From: an uncultured Bacilli bacterium
Lineage (GTDB): Bacteria; Bacillota_I; Bacilli_A; RF39; UBA660
DNA: 57,356 nucleotides
NCBI GenBank assembly: GCA_944363935.1
Contig: CALVVT010000090.1
Span: 1 to 57,356, forward strand
Reading direction: 5' to 3'
In this document: one piece after another, positions 38,327 through 45,747 of the stretch
Layout: each line of letters starts with the position of its first letter
Numbering within the stretch: the stretch's first letter is position 1
Translations under genes and position numbers: made by a program
Notes under the pieces: generated by a model
The model's input: the letters and a program-made list of their open reading frames with translations, nothing else
The model's database searches: none
What the model was told of the DNA's origin: nothing

Positions 38327-38950
38327 TTAACACACATACTTCCAAAAATTATTAATTAACAAAGCCAGTTCTTTGGGGTTTTCTTCATTTACAATATGAC
38401 CAGTATTTTTAATAATTTCCAATTTTGAACCCTTTATATTTTTAGATAAATAATATGCCGATTTAATATTGGCCTTATCTTTTTCACCACATATTATTAA
38501 AGTCTGACACTTAATTTTAGAAACTTTATCACTAAAATCTAATTTTTTCATTGAATTACCTAAAATAAAAGTATCCTTTTTATTAAAAGCCATATCTTCA
38601 AAAAGCGATTTAGGCAAAAACTTAAAAATTACATTTTGAATACTAAACATAAATTTAGGTACTTGGTGGGGAGTACCGATTAAAATAAGTGAATTTACTT
38701 TATTAGGAAAATCTAAAGCATAATTCAAAGCTAAAATACCACCAAGCGAAAGACCACATAAATCAATTTTGCCTTCTATATCATTGCAGTATTTACTAAA
38801 CGAAGCATACAAATTATCGTAACTTGCTTCTTTCCCACCCAGAATTAAAGATAATTCTGGGCATAATACATTATCATAATTAATATATTCTATTGTTTTA
38901 TTCCAGCTTATTGCTTTATGACCTGAACCATGAATTAAAACTTTTTTCAT
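38327..38950 (-). CDS. alpha/beta hydrolase
   Basis: Nucleophile elbow GLSLGG and a C-terminal H in GHIVNEE. Confidence 0.75.
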   Translation of the reverse strand: MKKVLIHGSGHKAISWNKTIEYINYDNVLCPELSLILGGKEASYDNLYASFSKYCNDIEGKIDLCGLSLGGILALNYALDFPNKVNSLILIGTPHQVPKFMFSIQNVIFKFLPKSLFEDMAFNKKDTFILGNSMKKLDFSDKVSKIKCQTLIICGEKDKANIKSAYYLSKNIKGSKLEIIKNTGHIVNEENPKELALLINNFWKYVC

Positions 38951-38965
38951 ACTTCCACCTTCTAA

Positions 38966-39187
38966 TTATAATTTAGTTTGCTTATTCTTAAATAAAAACC
39001 TTATACCATACTCAAGCGCTAATAAAAATAGATAAAAACCTAGCCATACCGAAAAACTTAAAAATGCCACATCAAGCGTATTTTCTGCTCCTGTTCCATC
39101 AACTTTTCTAATAAACAAAAATACACTAACACCTAAAAATAATATAAACTGAATAATCTGAAATATTTTCCAGCCATCAATTTTCAT
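38966..39187 (-). CDS. small two-TM membrane protein
   Basis: ATG at 39187 behind AAGGTGGGG. Two hydrophobic helices. Confidence 0.45.
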   Translation of the reverse strand: MKIDGWKIFQIIQFILFLGVSVFLFIRKVDGTGAENTLDVAFLSFSVWLGFYLFLLALEYGIRFLFKNKQTKL

Positions 39188-39372
39188 ACATAACCCCACC
39201 TTCTAATTACTATCTATATTTTTTAACATCACTTAAATTATAAAACATTTTTAGAAATATATAATATTTTATTTAAAAAGATCAACTAATTAAGTTAATC
39301 TATTATATTCTAGCAATATCATTTCAGCAGTATAAATTTTATCCATATTTTAGTATCCTACTCTCACATTAA

Positions 39373-39810
39373 CTAATTTAATTTTTCTTTGATAATAGAA
39401 CTTACTTTTCCCATGTCATAGCGCCCCTTTAATTTAGGAGAAACTTCCTTCATGATTTTGCCCATATCTCTAGGACTTTCTGGTTTAACAATGTCAAAAG
39501 CTTCATTAATTATTTGTAAAACTTCTTCTTCTGATAATTGTTCTGGCAAATACGCTTTTAAAATATCAATTTCAGCGGCTGTTTTCTCAATTAAATCATT
39601 ACGATTACCTTTTTCAAATTCTTTAATACTATCACGTCTTGATTTAATTTCTTTAGTAACAACATTAATAACTTCTTCGTCAGTTAACTCATGTTTTTTA
39701 TTAAGTTCTTCCATTTGCATCGAACCTTTAAGCATTCTGATAACTGATAATTTTTCCTTATCTTGAGCCTTCATAGCTTCTTTTAAATCATTTAATATTC
39801 TTTCTCTCAT
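39373..39810 (-). CDS. GatB/YqeY domain protein
   Basis: RERILNDLKEAMKAQDK...VIRMLK is a typical YqeY N-terminus. Sits next to rpsU as in many Firmicutes. Confidence 0.85.
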   Translation of the reverse strand: MRERILNDLKEAMKAQDKEKLSVIRMLKGSMQMEELNKKHELTDEEVINVVTKEIKSRRDSIKEFEKGNRNDLIEKTAAEIDILKAYLPEQLSEEEVLQIINEAFDIVKPESPRDMGKIMKEVSPKLKGRYDMGKVSSIIKEKLN

Positions 39811-39851
39811 ATTAATCATTTCCTTTCAAAAAGGCAGCAAAATTGTGCTGC

Positions 39852-40055
39852 TTAACGTTCATATCTTCTTGACATTCTTTCACGACGACGAGTGTTTTTA
39901 ATGCCTTCTTTCCGGGCATTTCTTCTTTTTACTCCTGGTTTTAAATAGCCTTGGTTACGTTCTTTTAACTGTGCGCGGGAGCCATCTTTATCGTTTTTTA
40001 GACTTTTAAGTGCCATATCAATGTTACCATTTTTTACTACAACTTTAGTACCCAT
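39852..40055 (-). CDS. rpsU: 30S ribosomal protein S21
   Basis: Small basic protein with ...YLKPGVKRRNARKEGIKNTRRR. ATG at 40055 lies 7 nt after GGGAGG. A TTGAAA-17-TATAAT promoter lies upstream. Confidence 0.85.
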   Translation of the reverse strand: MGTKVVVKNGNIDMALKSLKNDKDGSRAQLKERNQGYLKPGVKRRNARKEGIKNTRRRERMSRRYER

Positions 40056-40142
40056 AAACATACCTCCCTTCTTGTAATGTCATTATAACATTTTTTCCTT
40101 GATTTTTCAAATATTTTGCGAAAAAAGTCAAAAAAAAGCATA

Positions 40143-40880
40143 TTAATCTAAAGTTTTCATATATGCTTCATATTTATTTAAAACTTCACTAGCCTTACCA
40201 TCGGCTTCAACTTTTCCTTCATTAAGCCAAATAACTCGGTCACAAAGTTTTTTTAAAGTTCCTATACTATGCGATACTATTAAAACCGTTCGGTTTTCGT
40301 CAGAAATAAGCTCTTTCATTTTATTATAACTCTTTTGTCTAAAACGAATATCTCCTACGGATAAAACTTCGTCAATTAACATAATATCCGTTTCTAGTAT
40401 AGCCGTAATCGAAAAAGCAAGTTTTGAATACATCCCCGAAGAATAAGAATTAACCGGTTTATAAATAAAATCACCAAGTTCGGAAAATTCAATTGTTTCA
40501 TTAAGTCTATCTTTTATTTCTTTTTCCGAATAACCTAGTAAAAGACCTGATAAGAAAATATTTTCATAACCTGAAAGTTTTTTTTGAAAACCAACGCCAA
40601 TTGAAAGTAAAGAAACACTATTTTTATGAAGATTAATTCGGCCTTTATCTGGCGAAAATATACCGGCAATAGCCCGAAGTAAAGTTGATTTCCCACTCCC
40701 ATTTTTACCACAAATACCAACTATTTGACCTTTCGGAATTTCAAAGGAAACATCTTTAACCGCATGAAAAGTTTTTACCCCGCGAAGATGGTTTAAACCT
40801 GAACGAGCGAAAGAAAAACGTTTAATATCTTTGTAATAAATATCTAAATTTTTAACTGTAATTGCTATTTTCTTATCCAT
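40143..40880 (-). CDS. ABC transporter ATP-binding protein, TagH/Wzt-like polymer exporter
   Basis: Walker A GKNGSGKST and signature YSSGM; paired with an ABC-2 permease. Confidence 0.85.
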   Translation of the reverse strand: MDKKIAITVKNLDIYYKDIKRFSFARSGLNHLRGVKTFHAVKDVSFEIPKGQIVGICGKNGSGKSTLLRAIAGIFSPDKGRINLHKNSVSLLSIGVGFQKKLSGYENIFLSGLLLGYSEKEIKDRLNETIEFSELGDFIYKPVNSYSSGMYSKLAFSITAILETDIMLIDEVLSVGDIRFRQKSYNKMKELISDENRTVLIVSHSIGTLKKLCDRVIWLNEGKVEADGKASEVLNKYEAYMKTLD

Positions 40881-41668
40881 TAACGCATCACCTTTACATA
40901 TGTATTTTCATACTTATAAATTGTTTTAATTCCAATTAAACATAAAATAATACCAATTAATAACCAAATGCCAGTTAAAATAAAGTCAGGCATCATCTTA
41001 TAAAGTAAGACGTCCCTACATTCCGTTATAATTAAAGCAATAGGATTTAAATCAATCAGTAAACTATTAAATGGTTCAGGTACTCTATCTTCTATTGCAA
41101 AAAAGACACCAGATGCATAAAACAAAAGCCGAAGACCAATCGTTGTAATATTAGCTAAATCTTGAACAAAAACCCCAAAATGCATAAAAATAGATGCAAA
41201 ACCAAAAGTAATTATAAATAAAATCATAAAAAGAGGAATAAACCATAAAACATTTAAACTAATTGGTACTTGATAAATAATCATACAGATAATAACTAAT
41301 AAAAATGATAAAGAAAATTTTACCGTGTTGACACACATTCTAACAATTAATAAAACAAATTTAGGAATATATACTTTAGTAACTGTATCTCTATTACTTA
41401 CAACTAATTTAACACTTGAAGTAAGAGTTTTACTAAAGAAATTCCAAATAGTAAGACCAATAAAAACAAATACTGGAAAATACTCAACACTAGAATCAAA
41501 AACAACAATTGCAATAAAAGTATAAATAAGCATAAAACAAATTGGTTCTAAAAAGAGCCATAGCCAGCTTAAATAAGAATTAGTAACTTCCGCTTTTAAC
41601 TGGGATTTCGTACTATATAAAATATATTTAAAATATTTTTTAATATCTTTATAAAACTTTTTCAGCAT
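40880..41668 (-). CDS. ABC-2 type permease, TagG/Wzm-like
   Basis: 6-TM ABC-2 pattern. Start set at MLKKFYKD, behind AAGGGTGAG. Confidence 0.8.
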   Translation of the reverse strand: MLKKFYKDIKKYFKYILYSTKSQLKAEVTNSYLSWLWLFLEPICFMLIYTFIAIVVFDSSVEYFPVFVFIGLTIWNFFSKTLTSSVKLVVSNRDTVTKVYIPKFVLLIVRMCVNTVKFSLSFLLVIICMIIYQVPISLNVLWFIPLFMILFIITFGFASIFMHFGVFVQDLANITTIGLRLLFYASGVFFAIEDRVPEPFNSLLIDLNPIALIITECRDVLLYKMMPDFILTGIWLLIGIILCLIGIKTIYKYENTYVKVMR

Positions 41669-41966
41669 TTTTCTCACCCTTTTCATAATCTGAAGGCGTA
41701 TCATAATCAGTTGTTTTATCGTCAACTAAAATAAATTTTTCTTTTATAACCTTTTCTGTAAATGGTAATCTTTGAAACGATTGATACACCTGCCAACCAG
41801 CACAATTCTTTATTTTACCAGCTAAATATAATTCTCTTACTCTTTTTATATGAGTATTAAAAATATCTGCATTACTTACTTTAATAGCCACAATAGAAGT
41901 GTTACCAAAGAAAAGAATATCGTCATTATTTGTTAGTGTTAATATAAAAATGTAGGAAAAAAACAA
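41649..41966 (-). pseudogene. probable 3' remnant of a disrupted gene (unknown family)
   Basis: The ORF begins with a TTG inside the repeat element, so the first ~9 codons are repeat sequence. There is no RBS, and the rest is hydrophilic with no start context. Confidence 0.35.
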
Positions 41967-42025
41967 TATAAAAATGTAGGTTTTCCTACACGCTTATATT
42001 ATCAAAAACCTACATTTTTATATTG
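41941..42025. repeat. symmetric four-box repeat (two direct + two inverted copies of a 16-nt motif) including a 21-bp perfect hairpin
   Basis: AATATAAAAATGTAGG at 41941 and 41965. Inverted copies CCTACACGCTTATATT at 41985 and CCTACATTTTTATATT at 42009. 41964-41984 is perfectly complementary to 42005-42025. The A7 run at 41957-41963 gives a U7 tail on the minus strand. Confidence 0.85.
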
Positions 42026-42064
42026 ACAATAACAAAAACACATAAGTTTTATAAACTCATGCGT

Positions 42065-42259
42065 TTATCCTGTATCAAGCGCTTTTTTCAATAAATTTAT
42101 ATTTTGTTTTTCAACATACATATCATAAATATCAAAAAATATTCCAAATCTGTTAACAACATGAGGTAAAAAGCCAGAAACTACCTCCACTTCTCTTTTT
42201 TCGTCAATATTTTTAGGCACGTTTATACCTACTATCTTAAAAATTTCTTTAACAGTCAT
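42065..42259 (-). CDS. hypothetical small soluble protein (64 aa)
   Basis: RBS GGGAG. Own promoter-like TTGCGC-18-TATAAT downstream of the bacteriocin terminator. No TM segment. Confidence 0.45.
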   Translation of the reverse strand: MTVKEIFKIVGINVPKNIDEKREVEVVSGFLPHVVNRFGIFFDIYDMYVEKQNINLLKKALDTG

Positions 42260-42337
42260 AAAGCATACTCCCTACTACCAAATCCTCTTTACTCTTAATT
42301 AACCTCATTATATCATACTATTATAAAAGGGCGCAAG

Positions 42338-42362
42338 AAAAAAAAGTAGGGATATCCTACTT
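42338..42362 (-). terminator. intrinsic terminator of the bacteriocin operon
   Basis: AAGTAGG-gatat-CCTACTT followed by T8 on the minus strand, immediately after the second peptide's stop codon. Confidence 0.75.
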
Positions 42363-42363
42363 T

Positions 42364-42525
42364 CTATAAAGTACAGGTAGTTTTAGTGATTGCTCTTTTA
42401 ATGGCTGAACCAACGGCTTGTCCAAGTTCAAATAAAACACTTATGCCCCTAGCAAGAGCATTTATAAGTGAAGCTGTAATTGCGCCTCCACTTACCATTT
42501 TAAGTTCACTATCAGTTAATTTCAT
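42364..42525 (-). CDS. double-glycine-leader bacteriocin precursor, peptide 2 (53 aa)
   Basis: Not in the ORF track. Leader MKLTDSELKMVSGG plus AITASLINALARGISVLFELGQAVGSAIKRAITKTTCTL (GxxxG motif). Its ATG overlaps the TGA of peptide 1. Confidence 0.75.
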   Translation of the reverse strand: MKLTDSELKMVSGGAITASLINALARGISVLFELGQAVGSAIKRAITKTTCTL

Positions 42526-42662
42526 TCGTGACAAGAAAGTGGACGAAGAAAGCCATCGATTACCCCAATAATGAAAGTTGCAATACCACCAATAATTGCG
42601 CCTATACCTAAACTACTAGCTTCACCACCTGTAACTTTAATTAATTCCTTTTCAGTTAACAT
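42522..42662 (-). CDS. double-glycine-leader bacteriocin precursor, peptide 1 (46 aa)
   Basis: Leader MLTEKELIKVTGG plus EASSLGIGAIIGGIATFIIGVIDGFLRPLSCHE (GxxxG motifs). RBS AGGAGG 8 nt upstream. The track ORF carries a spurious N-terminal extension. Confidence 0.75.
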   Translation of the reverse strand: MLTEKELIKVTGGEASSLGIGAIIGGIATFIIGVIDGFLRPLSCHE

Positions 42663-44709
42663 TTTTATTCCTCCTAACATCTTCTTTAACTTGTCCATCT
42701 TCCATGCAAATAAAGCGGTCAAATAAATCTAAATTATCAAGACGGTGAGAAACAACGATAATTGTTTTATCTTTATACTCTTTTAAAAGATTTTTAATTA
42801 TTTTTCGCTCCATACTAATGTCTATTTGACTAAAACCTTCGTCAATTAAAAGTATTTCAAAATTATGAAGAGCTCTAGCTAAAGCTATTCTAGAACGCTG
42901 TCCTCCTGATAAATTAAAACCATTTTCTTCAGTTAAGGCATAAACACCTAAACTATCTTTATTTACAATACTATTAGCTAAAGATAAATCAAGTTGTTTT
43001 TGATAATTATTACCACGTAAGGTTAAGTTATCTAATAAAGTGCCTGTAAAAATAACTTCATTTTGCCCAATATAAACAATACTATTATCAATATTTCCTT
43101 TATCATAATCATTTATCTGAACATTATCAATATAAACCATTCCTTTTACTTGATAGAATTTTTTTAGAATTTTAAGAAGTGTACTTTTACCACTCCCACT
43201 TTCTCCATAAAGCATTATTTTTTCACCTTTATTTATTTTCAAGTTTATATTCTTTAATGTTAGATTAATATCGTCATAACTAAAACTTAAGTTTTTTATG
43301 ATAATATTTCCATTTATTTTTTTATTCAATAATTTATTTTTTCTTTGATAATACGTTAAATCTAATATTCTAACTAAAGCCTCTTTTGCCTCTTTTAAGT
43401 CTAAATCTAAATCGATAATTCTTCTAAAAGAATTAGAAAGAGCAATAAAAAGTATTATATAAGTTAAAAACTGACCAATTGTTAAAAATCCTTTGTTTAT
43501 TAAATTAATTCCAGCAAATATTAACAAAAAATAACCAACAACATTTATTAATTCTTTAACTAAATAAAGTTTATTATAATAAATTTCTAATTTATAATTA
43601 CTATTTATTTTCTTTTGATATTTATTATAAAAAATATTTTTAATTTTATTTTCAACACCAAGCCCCTTAATAGTTTCAAACCCTCTAATAGCTTCTGCTA
43701 TAAAAGAATTTACTTCAGCTTTTTCCATATTTTCTAAAAAAACTAAATCACTTATATTTTTACGTATTAATATAAAAAATACAACATATAATAATAAAGA
43801 GATAATAACGACAATAAACAAAAAAGGTTTTAGAAAAAATAAAATAAATGATAGTAATATTAATAAAGGCATATCAATTAAAAATGTAACTAAACTTTTA
43901 CTAATCATATTTTTAATAAAGTTTAAATCATTTATTCGGCTAATAACTTCACCAGCAGTTTTTCCGTGATAATAATTATATGGAAGGCTTATTATGTCAT
44001 TAAATACTTTTACTGTTAATTCTCTATCGATTTTATTATTTAATTTTATTAGAATATAACCTCGTCCTAGTTCAATTAAAATCTTGCCAATCATTAAAAA
44101 TAGAAACAATAAACATAATTTTATTAAATTTTGATTATTTATATTATCAAGTACTAGCTGCATAATAAAAGCTACTAAAATTGAAAAAATAGTAATGATT
44201 AGAGATGTAATAAAAATTAGAAACAAGCTTCTTTTATTAGAGATAACCATTTTTTTTAAAATTTTAACATTACTAATTTGTCTAACTTTAATTAGGGGCT
44301 TTAATGGCCGCATTTTGATAATAACCCCATTATAAATTTCTGCAAATTTTTGATAGCTCATTTTTTCTATTTTTTTGGCAGGATCAGCTATTAATAAATA
44401 ATCATTATGAACTTCATATACAACAATAAAATGTTTATATGATTTATCAATTATTACATTAACAATAAATGGTGTAGAGTGTTTTATAATTTCAGCAAGT
44501 TCTACTTTATAACCATTAGCTTCAAAATTTAATTGTTTTAAGACTTTAACTAAATGATAAGCGGTAGTTCCATTTTTTGAGGTTTTAAGCATATCATTTA
44601 ATTGGTTTATTCCAATATAGCCACCATAATATTTTATAATCATCGATAAAGAGGCAGCACCACAATCTTTAAGTCCTGGCTGCAAAGTAAATGGATATTT
44701 TTTTTTCAT
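42652..44709 (-). CDS. peptidase C39 domain-containing bacteriocin ABC transporter
   Basis: N-terminal C39 Cys motif LKDCGAASL, a 6-TM domain, Walker A GESGSGKST and signature LSGGQRSR. Confidence 0.9.
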   Translation of the reverse strand: MKKKYPFTLQPGLKDCGAASLSMIIKYYGGYIGINQLNDMLKTSKNGTTAYHLVKVLKQLNFEANGYKVELAEIIKHSTPFIVNVIIDKSYKHFIVVYEVHNDYLLIADPAKKIEKMSYQKFAEIYNGVIIKMRPLKPLIKVRQISNVKILKKMVISNKRSLFLIFITSLIITIFSILVAFIMQLVLDNINNQNLIKLCLLFLFLMIGKILIELGRGYILIKLNNKIDRELTVKVFNDIISLPYNYYHGKTAGEVISRINDLNFIKNMISKSLVTFLIDMPLLILLSFILFFLKPFLFIVVIISLLLYVVFFILIRKNISDLVFLENMEKAEVNSFIAEAIRGFETIKGLGVENKIKNIFYNKYQKKINSNYKLEIYYNKLYLVKELINVVGYFLLIFAGINLINKGFLTIGQFLTYIILFIALSNSFRRIIDLDLDLKEAKEALVRILDLTYYQRKNKLLNKKINGNIIIKNLSFSYDDINLTLKNINLKINKGEKIMLYGESGSGKSTLLKILKKFYQVKGMVYIDNVQINDYDKGNIDNSIVYIGQNEVIFTGTLLDNLTLRGNNYQKQLDLSLANSIVNKDSLGVYALTEENGFNLSGGQRSRIALARALHNFEILLIDEGFSQIDISMERKIIKNLLKEYKDKTIIVVSHRLDNLDLFDRFICMEDGQVKEDVRRNKNVN

Positions 44710-44825
44710 AATTTGCCCTCCTATTATATATCATAGGAGATTTTTTTAAAAAATCCTTCTTTTTTTTGAAAATTTTTTAAAAAAATTAAAAAAAGTCCAT
44801 TTTGGACCTAAAATATAGTTATTTT

Positions 44826-45350
44826 CTAATCATTTTGAAATATTTTAATGTTTTTACTACCATAACTTTTATTCTTAATTAATTTATAATCACAAACAAT
44901 ATCCTCTTTTTCATATTCACAAACTAATATTCCTTTTTTAGCTAATAAATTATTCTTTTCGATAATTTCTATAGCTTTATTAATTAAATTAGCTTCATAT
45001 GGAGGATCTAAAAAAATTATATTAAATTTCTTTTGACATTTTTTTAAATAGCTAGCATAATCTTCTTTAATTATTTGGATATTTTCATTAATGTTTTGAA
45101 CGTTCTTCTTTAATGATTTTACGACAATAGGATTATTATCTACTAAAACTACTTCCCCCGCCCCATTACTAATCGCTTCTAATCCTAAAGAACCAGAACC
45201 AGCAAATAAATCTAAACAAACACTCCCCTCTAAATAAGGATTAAGCATTGCAAATAAAGATTCTTTTACTCTTCCCATAGTTGGCCTAGTACCATCTATT
45301 TTAAAACCATCTAATTTTTTACCTTTATATTTTCCACTTATTACTTGCAT
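44826..45350 (-). CDS. rsmD: 16S rRNA (guanine966-N2)-methyltransferase RsmD
   Basis: RPT..RVKESLF, GSGSLGLEA and DPPY motifs. Confidence 0.85.
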   Translation of the reverse strand: MQVISGKYKGKKLDGFKIDGTRPTMGRVKESLFAMLNPYLEGSVCLDLFAGSGSLGLEAISNGAGEVVLVDNNPIVVKSLKKNVQNINENIQIIKEDYASYLKKCQKKFNIIFLDPPYEANLINKAIEIIEKNNLLAKKGILVCEYEKEDIVCDYKLIKNKSYGSKNIKIFQND

Positions 45351-45451
45351 ATTATCACAACCTCTTAAAAAAATATTCCAGTAGACTGGAATAACTTTTT
45401 CTATGTTTATATGTATATAAAACCAAACTATATTATCTGGTTAAATACAGA

Positions 45452-45527
45452 TGGTGCTGGAAACAGGACTTGAACCTGCGACCTACCGATTACGAGACGG
45501 TTGCTCTACCAGCTGAGCTAATCCAGC
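45452..45527 (-). tRNA. tRNA-Thr (anticodon CGU)
   Basis: The reverse complement GCTGGATTAGCTCAGCTGGTAGAGCAACCGTCTCGTAATCGGTAGGTCGCAGGTTCAAGTCCTGTTTCCAGCACCA folds as a cloverleaf. Anticodon loop CT-CGT-AA; encoded CCA. Confidence 0.9.
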
Positions 45528-45537
45528 AACTGCCTTA

Positions 45538-45566
45538 ATTATACATTAATTTTATCCTTTTGTAAA
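45538..45566 (-). promoter_or_regulatory. promoter of tRNA-Thr
   Basis: On the minus strand: TTTACA, 17-nt spacer, TATAAT, ending ~10 nt before the tRNA 5' end. Confidence 0.5.
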
Positions 45567-45570
45567 CCAC

Positions 45571-45590
45571 AAAAAAAGCAGAAAATCTGC
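45571..45590 (-). terminator. intrinsic terminator upstream of the tRNA promoter
   Basis: GCAGA-ttt-TCTGC followed by T7 on the minus strand. Confidence 0.6.
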
Positions 45591-45666
45591 CTAATTTGTT
45601 ATAACATATTATCAGTAATTACTAATAATATACTTTATCAGTATAAAATAGTTATCAGTAAAAAAA

Positions 45667-45727
45667 TAAAAAAACCTTTGTCTTTCAAGGCTTTCAGCCT
45701 GTTGACAAATTAGTCAACAGGCTGAAA
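45667..45727 (-). terminator. tandem hairpins downstream of the 45748 gene
   Basis: 15-bp perfect stem TTTCAGCCTGTTGAC / GTCAACAGGCTGAAA, then a short CCTT/AAGG hairpin with a long U tract on the minus strand. Confidence 0.55.
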
Positions 45728-45747
45728 CAAGGAAAATAATCCCTGTT

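Noticed and set aside
42065-42259. The 64-aa protein as the bacteriocin immunity protein
   Set aside because: It has no TM helix or recognisable immunity-family pattern, and it is separated from the peptides by a terminator and its own promoter. I kept it only as an open question in the findings.
42386-42571. Tracked plus-strand ORF (61 aa) in the bacteriocin region
   Set aside because: It is antisense to the two double-glycine peptide genes, which have RBSs, coupling and a terminator. It has no translation signals of its own.
42663-42722. N-terminal 20-aa extension of the tracked 66-aa ORF 42522..42722
   Set aside because: The extension lies inside the ABC transporter coding sequence. The internal ATG at 42662 has an AGGAGG RBS and yields a canonical 13-aa double-glycine leader.
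45452-45527. tRNA-Thr and tRNA-Arg as anchors of a genomic island (bacteriocin locus nearby)
   Set aside because: I found no integrase next to either tRNA and no visible duplicated tRNA 3' segment. rsmD separates tRNA-Thr from the bacteriocin genes. This cannot be excluded without a repeat search.
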